From a virus: DNA of 64,000 nt. Location of the stretch: IMG/VR virus record IMGVR_UViG_3300042337_000070, positions 1 through 64,000 of that record; one strand, written 5' to 3'. Positions 54,207 to 64,000 of this stretch are shown piece by piece (position 1 is the stretch's first letter; each line of letters begins with the position of its first letter). The translations under genes and the position numbers were made by a program. Under the pieces are notes generated by a model. The model was given only the letters and a program-made list of their open reading frames with translations, had not been told where the DNA came from and made no database searches.

Positions 54207-55829
54207 TTACTTAACCTTTCTGAAAACGAAAACCGGTTCATATTTGAGCATGATCTTTTTACCATTATTCTCAATCTGACAAAAGTTTTTCATTTTACCT
54301 TCTAGGATTGTTTCTCTCTCTTCCTCACCGGTTAGTGGGTTGATTGTAACTGTCTCGCCTGTTTCGACCATTCGATTACCACCAGGCATCTGAGCAAGTG
54401 CCATCTTTAGAGTTGTAACATACTCCATACCTAGTTCTTTTAAAATGTTACAAGAATCTTCTTCTAGAGGCAGAAGATTGTTATCAAATGCAGCATCAGC
54501 AATATTCCAGAGAAGATAACGATCCTTTCTCAAATATCTAACGGCAGTCTCTAGAGTAGGTCTTAGAAATCCATCAACCCAATCTGCATACTGAGAAAAC
54601 TTATGACAAGATTGTTCGGGATCATCAGAGTAAACTTCCTTAGCAAAATAAGGAGGTGAGGTAAACACTAGATCGAGTTTACCTTCATATTTCTGAAATC
54701 CTGGTTGAAACTGTGCCATTTCAGATCCACACTGAAAAATTTCATATGTGTGTGACTTCGGGAACAGACTTCCAGATTCTCTAACCTGTTCATTGAAGAA
54801 ATCGGCCACTTCATGATATTTGGTTCGACCCGAATGGGTGTTATGATCGGTGTTAGGATCTGTACCTATGTAATGTATGTTGCGTTTATCATCCACTGAC
54901 ATAGCACCAACGATGCGGCCTGCCCATCCTGAGGAAGGATCCCATATATTGATCTGGTCCTGATCCCTGATGTGATCGGTAAAACGCTCATAAAGATAAC
55001 GAGCGGTGAGAGGTGGAAAGTTGACCGCATACTGACAGAAGGACACACGGAATGATTTGAGACCCATAGGGAACACTTTCTGTCCACGCTTAAAGAGCCG
55101 AATGTTGTATTTCATCGATCTATTAGGATTGACATTTGTGATGGTTCTTTCTGCTTGCTTGATAGCAAAGGTGTAGTCAACAATAACGTTCTGTTTTTTA
55201 CCCAAGGTGGCAGAGTACCCAGTGTATTGCTTGTCCTCTTTGACAGGACAAAACCAATAGTCCCACTCATCAGATTTCAATTCTTCCATTTTAGCAACAA
55301 ACTGTTCGGATGATTCGACAGAGAATGTTGAGTTACCAATCTTAACAACATCTCCGAATGAGATTGGTGTTGAGTGATGATAGAATGAGTCTCTTTTGAA
55401 ATGCCTTGAAGCATATGTAATAAAGGTTTCTAGATATGCGTCATCGGCGAAATAGTCATAGATCGACTTAGACTTACCCTTTGTCGAATATGAAATGCCT
55501 GTCTTCATCATGGTCGGGAACCACTGATTGACAGCATTACCTACTATAGAGGTATTACGAATAACATCTTTCTCACCCGTGCGAAGATCGACTGTCTCAA
55601 ACTCATGCACAGGGAAGCCAACCATCTTTTGAAAGTTATCAATGATACCTTCTTTATTAAATCCTACTCTTGGAGGAATGCCTTTGTTATCCCATAGATT
55701 GACTACGGTTTTTCGTAGGTCGATCACCCATTGACGAAATTCAACCTCATTCATCCATAACAGTTCCTCAAATGTCTTATTGACATGCGAGTTTAGGAGT
55801 TCATCGTTTCTTTCATAGAACCATTGCAT
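54207..55829 (-). CDS. Amino-methyltransferase-like DNA modification enzyme
   Basis: DPSSGWAGR (motif I), FTSPPYF (motif IV). Confidence 0.8.
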   Translation of the reverse strand: MQWFYERNDELLNSHVNKTFEELLWMNEVEFRQWVIDLRKTVVNLWDNKGIPPRVGFNKEGIIDNFQKMVGFPVHEFETVDLRTGEKDVIRNTSIVGNAVNQWFPTMMKTGISYSTKGKSKSIYDYFADDAYLETFITYASRHFKRDSFYHHSTPISFGDVVKIGNSTFSVESSEQFVAKMEELKSDEWDYWFCPVKEDKQYTGYSATLGKKQNVIVDYTFAIKQAERTITNVNPNRSMKYNIRLFKRGQKVFPMGLKSFRVSFCQYAVNFPPLTARYLYERFTDHIRDQDQINIWDPSSGWAGRIVGAMSVDDKRNIHYIGTDPNTDHNTHSGRTKYHEVADFFNEQVRESGSLFPKSHTYEIFQCGSEMAQFQPGFQKYEGKLDLVFTSPPYFAKEVYSDDPEQSCHKFSQYADWVDGFLRPTLETAVRYLRKDRYLLWNIADAAFDNNLLPLEEDSCNILKELGMEYVTTLKMALAQMPGGNRMVETGETVTINPLTGEEERETILEGKMKNFCQIENNGKKIMLKYEPVFVFRKVK

Positions 55830-56799
55830 TCAACATTCCTTCAAACTGTTCGTAATACTGATTAGGTGTTTTGATACGTTCAAACAATTTTTCTTTAACA
55901 GCATCAAACTTAGAGTTACTACTATCATACTTCAATTCATTAAATTTGTCAACATATTCTTGATACGATCCTATCCGTTGCCAATTACTGGCAACGAAGT
56001 TATCAGAAGAGTCATAATCTTGCCAGACAAACGGATAAACACCACATGATACCGCTTCAATATACCTAGCCGTTGTTGCTTTGTTGTCCATCCAGTTAAA
56101 GCAAAGAGTCGATTTAGCGGATAGTAGATAAGGAATAAGATCAATCATCTTCATCCACTTCTCATCTCTCTTAAAACCGTGAAAGCGTCCAATGAAAATG
56201 GCATTCATATTATTCTTATAAATCTCTTTTAGAATAGTGTGTCGTTGGTCACCTGATAGTTTACCATCAACGGTCTTACGCTTGTCTGATCCCCAATAGA
56301 TAAAGTCAACGAAACGGTCAGTCTCAAACAACCGTGTCTGATCCTTGATAAAGTGATACTTCATACCGTGAATGTTGCCGTCAAAGTCACATTCATCAAT
56401 CGTTTGATATGAGATATCGAGTCCAGGAAACACTTTTGTGCGATACAGTTCCTCATCATCTCGTCTATCGGAACGTAGAATGATAACTTTTTTACCATTT
56501 ATGAAAGGCTTGATCAGGTCTAAATGTTCATTTGATCTTTTAAGATCAAGTGTATGAATTGCCCCAGGGATCCAATATGTAAACTCTGCCTCAGAAGGAA
56601 TGATGATAATGTCCGCATTCTTGATAGCATCTATATCACGCTTGGGTTTCATGTTAAAACCAAAGTTGTAGTAATACCATTCATGCTCAGAATGCCTATT
56701 AACATACATTCTAAGCAATTCGAAGAACGAATCCATAATGTGGTGTAAAGGTTCGACATAGTTTGCCGAACTTCGAAGTCGAGCTATACAAATCTTCAT
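55813..56799 (-). CDS. GT-B fold, beta-glucosyltransferase-like DNA-modifying enzyme (putative)
   Basis: MKICIARL start; DFIYWGS..R, TARYIEA resemble the T4 BGT layout. Confidence 0.5.
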   Translation of the reverse strand: MKICIARLRSSANYVEPLHHIMDSFFELLRMYVNRHSEHEWYYYNFGFNMKPKRDIDAIKNADIIIIPSEAEFTYWIPGAIHTLDLKRSNEHLDLIKPFINGKKVIILRSDRRDDEELYRTKVFPGLDISYQTIDECDFDGNIHGMKYHFIKDQTRLFETDRFVDFIYWGSDKRKTVDGKLSGDQRHTILKEIYKNNMNAIFIGRFHGFKRDEKWMKMIDLIPYLLSAKSTLCFNWMDNKATTARYIEAVSCGVYPFVWQDYDSSDNFVASNWQRIGSYQEYVDKFNELKYDSSNSKFDAVKEKLFERIKTPNQYYEQFEGMLNAMVL

Positions 56800-57608
56800 C
56801 CTGCTACATTCCATACTAAACACGGGTCTTTTCGGGAGTGTCCTCCGTGATATTCTTTCATCACATGCCACACTTTTGCGTCATAGGTAGGTGCAGAAGG
56901 GTATGGCGTCACATGTTCTTTCTTCACTGGCTTATCAAACTTGTAAGGCGAACGGTGATAGATTGCTCGCCCAATTTCTCTGGGTGTCATTGTATGACCT
57001 ACAGAGACGACATGAACCTCTGCATCAGGCCAGGCTAGCTGCAATGCTCTTGTGAGAGTGCCGCTTGATCCTACGGACCATACTTCTCGGGGAGAAATGG
57101 GTAGAGAACGAGCAACACGAATGAGACAAGCAATAGAAGTAGGATGTTCAACACCAATCGGCAAGAGGGATCTTGTGTCAGGTGATTCTGCAACATAGTC
57201 TTTTGCACGCTTTTGGGTAACAGGAAGCATTCCATTAGGTACCCAATGATAAGTTGCTCCAAGTTCAATGCCTCGTTGTTGGTATTCATGCAGTTTATCC
57301 ATTGATCTTTCTGCCATGAAGATCACGGCTTTTTTGTTATAGCGATTACAAATAAAGGGGAGAGAGATTTGTGCATATCCGGTAGCAGGTGATGATCCAT
57401 ACACCCACTCTTGTATGTTTGCATACTCAGGTGCATGACCAATCAGATAGTCACCTGCTCTTGCTTTAGACCCAACAGAAAGAAGGTCATCCCGAACAAC
57501 GTGATAACCTTCATGCTCTGTTATTACTGGTGGGGGATTGGGGTCAACCCAATTGCCGATAAGGCTTAGATAGTCTTCTGCTGTTTCATTGAATAATGTC
57601 ATTTCCAC
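56796..57608 (-). CDS. PLP-dependent (fold II) enzyme
   Basis: VVRDDLL..GSKAR, VGSSGTL, YDAK.W, WNVAG. Confidence 0.75.
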   Translation of the reverse strand: MEMTLFNETAEDYLSLIGNWVDPNPPPVITEHEGYHVVRDDLLSVGSKARAGDYLIGHAPEYANIQEWVYGSSPATGYAQISLPFICNRYNKKAVIFMAERSMDKLHEYQQRGIELGATYHWVPNGMLPVTQKRAKDYVAESPDTRSLLPIGVEHPTSIACLIRVARSLPISPREVWSVGSSGTLTRALQLAWPDAEVHVVSVGHTMTPREIGRAIYHRSPYKFDKPVKKEHVTPYPSAPTYDAKVWHVMKEYHGGHSRKDPCLVWNVAG

Positions 57609-57775
57609 CGTTCTTTAATTTCATTAACACGATCAACCATAAAGGATTCTAGAATCTCACGGACGTTATCATATTTAGGATTCGTTTTAACGTTATGCAA
57701 ATCTAGAGTGTATGCTGTCAGGATAATCTGTTCATGTGAATAATGATGCGTCTTGTGTGGATTAGTTTTTTCCAT
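57599..57775 (-). CDS. Small hypothetical protein (58 aa)
   Basis: GGAG RBS; ATGA-coupled to PLP enzyme. Confidence 0.5.
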   Translation of the reverse strand: MEKTNPHKTHHYSHEQIILTAYTLDLHNVKTNPKYDNVREILESFMVDRVNEIKERWK

Positions 57776-57873
57776 ACTGCTTTCTCCAGAGATAATTGTT
57801 AAGGTATACGACTACTCCCACAATACCATCAACAAATCTACTATTCCAAAACCAGTGGTTATATCTTGTCATG

Positions 57874-58137
57874 TTACACTCCTGCTAATGTTTTGCTAAT
57901 CATACCAACAAGGTATATCATAACAACAACAACCTGAACTGTGATGATTGACCACTTTCTCCACATAAGAGCAACGACCAACCATCCCAGATTACCGATT
58001 ATAGACACATACACATTTAGTGGATGCACATTCCATGCGGTTAGTGCTACACCTACTATCAATACTGTGGTAGATGCCCATTCAATATAAAATTCAACTT
58101 GCTTCGTCACTTTCGTTTCCCATCTGATATAAACCAT
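57874..58137 (-). CDS. Small 3-TM membrane protein
   Basis: Hydrophobic segments. Confidence 0.6.
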   Translation of the reverse strand: MVYIRWETKVTKQVEFYIEWASTTVLIVGVALTAWNVHPLNVYVSIIGNLGWLVVALMWRKWSIITVQVVVVMIYLVGMISKTLAGV

Positions 58138-58181
58138 TCCAAAGAATGTCTAGGTTATAGACGAAGTAACCAAAAGGAGTA

Positions 58182-58475
58182 TTAAGTATTGTCATCATCA
58201 TTGTCCTCCATCATTTTTCTAAAGTCAAAGTTAGGATCGAGTCCAATATCTGATAGACGATCTAGCATGTTATTTATGTTGAAATCGATAATGGCTTCAC
58301 GAATCATGGAGTTGACTCTCTGACCACTTACCAGATCAAACTCTACCATAATCTCGCTGGTGCAAGCCAAACGCTCCATAATTCCTTTTGCGCTCGGTGC
58401 CCAAACAAAAGGAATCTCACCACTATCCATCATTCGCTCCGCTCTAGCCATTGCTCGGATGATTTCTCTATTCAT
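58182..58475 (-). CDS. Hypothetical protein
   Basis: AGGAG RBS; promoter TTGACA-N17-TATACT at 58529-58501. Confidence 0.7.
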   Translation of the reverse strand: MNREIIRAMARAERMMDSGEIPFVWAPSAKGIMERLACTSEIMVEFDLVSGQRVNSMIREAIIDFNINNMLDRLSDIGLDPNFDFRKMMEDNDDDNT

Positions 58476-58511
58476 TTGTTTTCTCCTATTAACGGTGACC
58501 AGTATAGAGCA

Positions 58512-60233
58512 TCATTCATCTTTTGTCAAGACAGAAAAGTTTTTTACCTTTTCAAACTTAAGGATTCTTTGAAAACGATCTAACATGGTATCCTTGTGAG
58601 AGATAACGAAGATATTGGTTCCTTTGTCTCCCATCTCCCACATAATTTTAATGAACTCGTCAATACCAGTTGTATCCATTGCTCTATCCAAGATTTCATC
58701 AAACACTAAGATGTTGACGTTTACCGAGTTTTTAAGTTTAGCAATCTGACGCCATGTTAGGAGAATCGCAAGGTCAATTCGCAGTTTCTCGCCTTCACTG
58801 AAATTGTGGTAACTAAACTCGTCTCTGTAACGTGACTTGATACTTTCCTCGAAAGATTCGTTGATATTGAAATTGACGAAGAAACCAAGTTTCGCCAGAT
58901 ACTTGTTAATGTGCTTGTTGATAATAGGAAGATACTGCTTGATGATCTTCGTTTTAATGCCACCGTCTTTAAGGAGTGTGCTGGCCAGGTCGATGTATTG
59001 ACGCTCATCTAAAAAGGTCTTCTTCTCTTCTTCGAGGGTGGAAAGATCATGTTCGACCTCGGAGAGTTGTCGTTCTGACTCTTGGATAGTTTTGTCTGAT
59101 GTTGCGAAGTTTTCAATCTGCTCCACAACTTGTGAAAGATTATGACGCAGATTGTTATAGGAAGACTTAGAAGACGAAACTTCCAACCGAAGTTTGTTGA
59201 TTTGGACGACGATTTTTTCAATGGCATCAATCTCTAATAAGACAGAATCAATTTGTTGTTCAACCTTATTTAGTCCTTCACTAAGTTCATGAATTTTAGC
59301 ATGACCATCATCAACCATGCTCTTAGCAAACTCTGGGTTGATTTCTTGACGACAGGTTGGACAATTACCACTTTCCGCAAAGAAGTCAATATCTTTAACA
59401 TGCTTGTCACGATTGGCTTCCATCTTAGCACGAAAACCTAGTAGTTTTGAATGCTTGGACTTTAGAGGTGACAAATCGATGTTCTGATCTAACACAGTTT
59501 CGAGAGCGGATTCATGTTGTAGAACGATGCTCTTTTGTGTGTTTAGTTGATCTAATAAAGATGCTTCCTTACTTTTCAATTCAGCCAACTTCTCTTCGCT
59601 ATTTGCTCTAAGAGAGGCAAGCGTTCTTTCAATGTAAGACTTATTGTCAACCTTACTAGAAAGTTGAACACGATTACGTTCCAAGTTCTCACGATTGACC
59701 TGTAGTTTGTTTTTTACAACAGTTGACATAGCAGTGAAGATTTGAATGTCCAACAAATCTTCAATCACAGATCGTCTATCGTTTGCAGATAGCTGCATGA
59801 ATGGAACAAACGATGCTGAACCAAGAATGACAACCTGCGTAAAAGATTTGTAGTTCATACGAAGAATGTTCTTCTCCAAATGCTCTTGATAATCTTTAGC
59901 CGCAGCATCTTGATTGATCATAACACCATCGATATAGATTTGAAAGACATTAGGCTTGACACCACGAATGACTTTATATCGATGGTTGTTAATGGTAAAC
60001 TCTATTTCGGTCACACAGTTCTTACCGTTAATTGAGTTAACTACGTTACCTTTGTTCACCTTACGAAATGGCTTACCAAAAAGCACAAAGCACAGGGCGT
60101 CAAGCACTGTTGACTTCCCTGCGCCGTTGTGACCCATAATCAACGTGTTCTTATGGGAGTCTAGTTCAATTTCAGTAAACACATTTCCAGATGATAGGAA
60201 GTTTTTATATCTTATCACATGGAATGTAATCAT
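58512..60233 (-). CDS. 46: Recombination endonuclease ATPase subunit (gp46, Rad50-like)
   Basis: GHNGAGKST, CPTC hook, FSEGEK, FDE, ISH. Confidence 0.96.
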   Translation of the reverse strand: MITFHVIRYKNFLSSGNVFTEIELDSHKNTLIMGHNGAGKSTVLDALCFVLFGKPFRKVNKGNVVNSINGKNCVTEIEFTINNHRYKVIRGVKPNVFQIYIDGVMINQDAAAKDYQEHLEKNILRMNYKSFTQVVILGSASFVPFMQLSANDRRSVIEDLLDIQIFTAMSTVVKNKLQVNRENLERNRVQLSSKVDNKSYIERTLASLRANSEEKLAELKSKEASLLDQLNTQKSIVLQHESALETVLDQNIDLSPLKSKHSKLLGFRAKMEANRDKHVKDIDFFAESGNCPTCRQEINPEFAKSMVDDGHAKIHELSEGLNKVEQQIDSVLLEIDAIEKIVVQINKLRLEVSSSKSSYNNLRHNLSQVVEQIENFATSDKTIQESERQLSEVEHDLSTLEEEKKTFLDERQYIDLASTLLKDGGIKTKIIKQYLPIINKHINKYLAKLGFFVNFNINESFEESIKSRYRDEFSYHNFSEGEKLRIDLAILLTWRQIAKLKNSVNVNILVFDEILDRAMDTTGIDEFIKIMWEMGDKGTNIFVISHKDTMLDRFQRILKFEKVKNFSVLTKDE

Positions 60234-60234
60234 A

Positions 60235-62022
60235 TCAATATTCTCTTGTTGGCTTCTTCCCTACTAATAGATCCTTGATTTCTTGACCTGTTAGAGTTTC
60301 ATATTCTAGCAGACCTTGTGCTAGTGTGTCAAGGTCTTTTCTCTTTTCGGTTAGAATCTTCTTTGCCATGGTATATCCTTCCTCGACGAGGCGCTTGATT
60401 TCCATATCGACAATCTTTTGTGTCTCTTCGGCAATCTTAGCAGAATGAAATACATCAGCATTTGGTTCTGTATAAGCCATACGTCCTAGAAGTGGTGAGA
60501 AACCTAGCTGAGTAACCATTGCTCTTGCGAGTTTAGTTGCTTGCTGAATATCTCCTGCGGCGCCAGATGTAACTCTATGTTCACCAAAAATGATTTCTTC
60601 TGCTACACGTCCACCCATAGCCATAGCAAGTTGAGCAATCATTTCTTCGTAAGACTGTGAGATTTGGTCACGATCTGGAATTGATTGAACCATACCCAAT
60701 GCTCGTCCACGTGGTATGATAGTTGCCTTATGAATTGGGATCGAGCCAGTCATGTTGATAGAAACGAGAGCATGACCACCTTCATGATATGCTGTCATCT
60801 TCTTTTCATCATCAGTCATAAGAAGCGTTCTGTGTTCGGCGCCCATCATGATCTTATCACGGGCATCTTCAAATTCTTGAAGTGTAACAATCCGCTTTGA
60901 ACGGCGAGCGGCAAGCAATGCTGCCTCATTAACAAGATTTGCTAGATCGGCGCCAGAAAAGCCAGGTGTTCCCTTTGCGACAGTTCTAATATCAACATCA
61001 GGTCCAATTGGAACTTTGCGTGTGTGAACTTTTAGAATCTTCTCACGACCAACAAAGTCTGGATTAGGAACTTGAACCTGTCTATCGAAACGACCTGGAC
61101 GAGTTAGGGCTTTATCTAGAACATCTACACGATTGGTAGCAGCAATGACGATAACACCTTCGTTATCATTGAATCCGTCCATTTCTACTAGCATTGCGTT
61201 TAGAGTTTGATCACGTTCGTCATTACCACCCATACCTGTAGCTCTTGATCGACCAACGGCGTCAATCTCATCAATGAAGACAATGCAAGGTGCATTCTTC
61301 TTTGCTTGATCAAACATATCTCTAACTCTAGATGCACCAACACCAACAAACATTTCTACGAAGTCTGATCCAGAAATACTAAAGAAAGGAACACCTGCTT
61401 CACCAGCAACTGCCCTAGCTAGAAGAGTTTTACCTGTGCCAGGAGGACCAACGAGCAATACACCCTTTGGAATTTTACCACCAAGACGTTCAAACTTTTG
61501 TGGATTTTGTAAAAACTCTACAACTTCCTGCAAGTCTTCTTTTGCTTGATCAACACCAGCAACATCTTCAAATGTCTTTAGTGTAGAAGACTCAGTAAGC
61601 AGTTTTGCTTTTGACTTACCCATACCCATCATTCCACCAGGACCACCGGCCGAACGGCGAGATAGCCACACCCATAGACCAAAGAATAGAAATACTGGTA
61701 GAAGATTAATAAGTAGATTTGTCCAGAATGATGCTTCTGTGTTATCAGCCTTAACAGTAATATTAACCTTGTGTTCTTCTAACTTAGGTAGAAGAGAAGA
61801 AAGGCCAGCAACGGTAGTTCTAAACTCTCTGTTGTCTGCGTTAAAGTGTCCTGTTAGCTGATTTCCTGCTACATAAACATCATGAACGTTGTTGCGTTCA
61901 ACCTGACCGAGAAAGTCGGAATAACTAATTTCATTTGTTAGTTTGTGTTCGCCTGGCATAGCCATCCAATACAGGGCTACGGCCACAGCGAAAAAGATTA
62001 TAATAGGTAACGTTTTCTTCAT
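60235..62022 (-). CDS. ftsH: ATP-dependent zinc metalloprotease FtsH
   Basis: 2 [29 protein letters not shown]. Confidence 0.96.
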   Translation of the reverse strand: MKKTLPIIIFFAVAVALYWMAMPGEHKLTNEISYSDFLGQVERNNVHDVYVAGNQLTGHFNADNREFRTTVAGLSSLLPKLEEHKVNITVKADNTEASFWTNLLINLLPVFLFFGLWVWLSRRSAGGPGGMMGMGKSKAKLLTESSTLKTFEDVAGVDQAKEDLQEVVEFLQNPQKFERLGGKIPKGVLLVGPPGTGKTLLARAVAGEAGVPFFSISGSDFVEMFVGVGASRVRDMFDQAKKNAPCIVFIDEIDAVGRSRATGMGGNDERDQTLNAMLVEMDGFNDNEGVIVIAATNRVDVLDKALTRPGRFDRQVQVPNPDFVGREKILKVHTRKVPIGPDVDIRTVAKGTPGFSGADLANLVNEAALLAARRSKRIVTLQEFEDARDKIMMGAEHRTLLMTDDEKKMTAYHEGGHALVSINMTGSIPIHKATIIPRGRALGMVQSIPDRDQISQSYEEMIAQLAMAMGGRVAEEIIFGEHRVTSGAAGDIQQATKLARAMVTQLGFSPLLGRMAYTEPNADVFHSAKIAEETQKIVDMEIKRLVEEGYTMAKKILTEKRKDLDTLAQGLLEYETLTGQEIKDLLVGKKPTREY

Positions 62023-62033
62023 AATACAGATCC

Positions 62034-63110
62034 TTATACTGTTTCAACTTGAAGGGCTTCATTATACACATCGATCATGAATTTTTTCATCTTAGCATTT
62101 TCTAATGGCAATGTCAACCCATCAATATACTTTTTAAGAATGGTAACGGTATCTTCCGCTTCATCAATTTCCGAATCTTCCTCATTGTCTATCATGATGG
62201 TCGGATCTTCGACTATCTGAATATCTAAAGGTCCTGTTTTGTAAATTGAATCGAAAAGAAGATCGAAAGCATAAGGGTTGCTTTTGTTTATGACAACAAT
62301 TTTTACATAGCAATTTTTATACTTACTGAAATCCGTTTGTTGAATCTTCTCTACAATGTTAGGGTTAGCAACATCATCATACTTTGCTATCTTAAACATT
62401 TTAGATGGATTCTGAATAAACTCTAGTCTTCTATTTTCAGTATCCAGGACACTAAACCCTCTAGGGTCTCCATAATCGTGCCAAGTATATTCACCAAGGG
62501 CGCCAATATAAGTGATATTACCAATTGTAGAACGATGGTGATAGTGGCCAGAATAAACAGCCTCAAAATTTTCAAAAAGTTTACGATCAAGTCCATGGTC
62601 TGATATCAATCCTCTATGCATTGTAAAACCGTTCAATTCAAGATGTCCCATGCAAATAGGTGCTTTAGGATTCTTGATTGCTTCATAGGCTTCCTGACGA
62701 TTAGAGTCAGTGATCCAAGGCATTAGTTGGATATCAAGCCCATCAATATTGATAAGAGTAGGTGTGCTATAAGTTCTAATGTGCTTATAACGCCCCACGA
62801 TAATCTCGTCTAGGGCGTTGACCTCGTGGGTGTCTTTATAATAAGAATCATGATTTCCTTGAATGATGTGAGTTTCAACACCTCGTCTCTCCAATGGTTC
62901 AAGGAAATCTTCCCGAAGTCGTTTGGCAGACATGAAGTTGATATACTTGCGGCGGTCATAGATATCACCAAGATGAATAACATTCTTGATATTGTTAGCA
63001 TCAATGTAATCAATGAACCATTGCCAACACTTCTTTTGATACTGCTGAAATGCAGGATTGTCATTCCTAACACCAGCATGTGTATCTGTAGGCATTGCGA
63101 TCAGCGCCAT
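62034..63110 (-). CDS. 47: Recombination endonuclease subunit (gp47, Mre11-like)
   Basis: DTHAG, GD..DRR, GNHD, GHYH; promoter TTGACG-N17-TATACT at 63177-63149. Confidence 0.95.
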   Translation of the reverse strand: MALIAMPTDTHAGVRNDNPAFQQYQKKCWQWFIDYIDANNIKNVIHLGDIYDRRKYINFMSAKRLREDFLEPLERRGVETHIIQGNHDSYYKDTHEVNALDEIIVGRYKHIRTYSTPTLINIDGLDIQLMPWITDSNRQEAYEAIKNPKAPICMGHLELNGFTMHRGLISDHGLDRKLFENFEAVYSGHYHHRSTIGNITYIGALGEYTWHDYGDPRGFSVLDTENRRLEFIQNPSKMFKIAKYDDVANPNIVEKIQQTDFSKYKNCYVKIVVINKSNPYAFDLLFDSIYKTGPLDIQIVEDPTIMIDNEEDSEIDEAEDTVTILKKYIDGLTLPLENAKMKKFMIDVYNEALQVETV

Positions 63111-63173
63111 AACTTTTCCTTCATATCCATGTAAAGATTCATACTCACAGTATATACTAGAAAAATGATCTCG

Positions 63174-63356
63174 TCAATCTTTTTTGGTAGCCACTTTATA
63201 GGTTTCAAGTTCTGACTCTCTAAGCCATCCGAGACTAATCATCCTTCTCATGATCTTCTCTTTATCATTAGGATTAATAGGAACTGGCTCTACAACTTTA
63301 TCACAGAACCATTCTATATTTCTATCTACCTCAGCTACGAAATCATCAATGTCCAT
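63174..63356 (-). CDS. Hypothetical protein
   Basis: 60-aa ORF. Confidence 0.55.
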   Translation of the reverse strand: MDIDDFVAEVDRNIEWFCDKVVEPVPINPNDKEKIMRRMISLGWLRESELETYKVATKKD

Positions 63357-63574
63357 TATCGTTTACCTTTTGGAAAGTGTAACCTTGGTGGAGCATCACC
63401 CATTTCTCTATCATAGTCGATAAGTGCTTCATCAATAACTTGCTTGATACTTGCTAGCCTCCTACGATAGTTACCACGAATATGAACTCTTTCTTGCTTG
63501 TTCTTCAATGTTTCAATCAATGTTTGAACCTGAAATGGTACCTCAAATTGATTCTGTTCCTTGCTCATCTTCAT
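63356..63574 (-). CDS. Hypothetical protein
   Basis: Likely start MKMSKEQ after GGAG. Confidence 0.55.
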   Translation of the reverse strand: MKMSKEQNQFEVPFQVQTLIETLKNKQERVHIRGNYRRRLASIKQVIDEALIDYDREMGDAPPRLHFPKGKR

Positions 63575-64000
63575 TCTCCACGAATTTTTCAAGTCCTTCT
63601 TTCGCCTGCTTACGCTTCTCTTTTTTAAGACGTTCTTTGTTCTCAAAGTTCTTAATGAACTCATTCAAGTTATCATACATAGTAGACGTAATCATATGAT
63701 TGTCGTCACCATCTACCATAAGAGAAGCATCAGCGGTATCTAGAACAGACTCTTGAAACTTTTTATACATTATATAGCGATTCTTTTCTTCCTTAGCAAT
63801 ACGTCTATGGAAAGCAAAGTTTGTGATTTGAGTGAAGTATGCAAAGGGATTCTGACTGATGGCAGGGTTGAAATTATCAAAGTAAAGAAAACAGTTTTCT
63901 AGTGCATCCGACTTCATTTCGTCGATGAAAGAATAATTCATGAAGCGAGGCTTACGAGCGAGGTTCTCGGTGATAAGCCAAATACACTTACCACAATACT
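63543..64000 (-). CDS. 55: Late sigma factor gp55 (5' truncated)
   Basis: KPRFMNYSF.DEM.SDALENC, NPFAYFTQI, RRIAKEEK. Confidence 0.93.
   Translation of the reverse strand, partial: YCGKCIWLITENLARKPRFMNYSFIDEMKSDALENCFLYFDNFNPAISQNPFAYFTQITNFAFHRRIAKEEKNRYIMYKKFQESVLDTADASLMVDGDDNHMITSTMYDNLNEFIKNFENKERLKKEKRKQAKEGLEKFVENEDEQGTESI

Overview
This 64 kb window is part of a large T4-like phage genome, with almost all genes on the minus strand. It carries the core replication and recombination genes (gp41, gp40, uvsX, gp43, regA, gp62, gp44, dsbA, gp45, gp1, gp46, gp47, partial gp55) and a stand-alone pmoC of Methylocystis/Methylosinus type. It therefore looks like a pmoC-phage of an alphaproteobacterial methanotroph. 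Other content includes a cluster of about 28 tRNA or tRNA-like genes covering all 20 amino acids, with several structured non-tRNA RNAs between them (one is Y-RNA/YrlA-like). There are also an acyl-CoA dehydrogenase, a sugar-modification cluster, Hsp20 with a ROSE-like thermometer, FtsH, Dps/Bfd, tail fibre and spike genes, spanins and a probable DNA-hypermodification trio. The most striking unexplained module is at 20163-20810. An isolated amber-suppressor tRNA(CUA) sits directly upstream of a leader ORF, MFKNFFR-TAG-VSRSPP. A 10-bp anti-Shine-Dalgarno sequence follows, able to sequester the RBS of the in-frame downstream gene. The layout suggests a translational attenuator that senses amber readthrough. 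All family calls come from motif recognition by eye; no searches were run.
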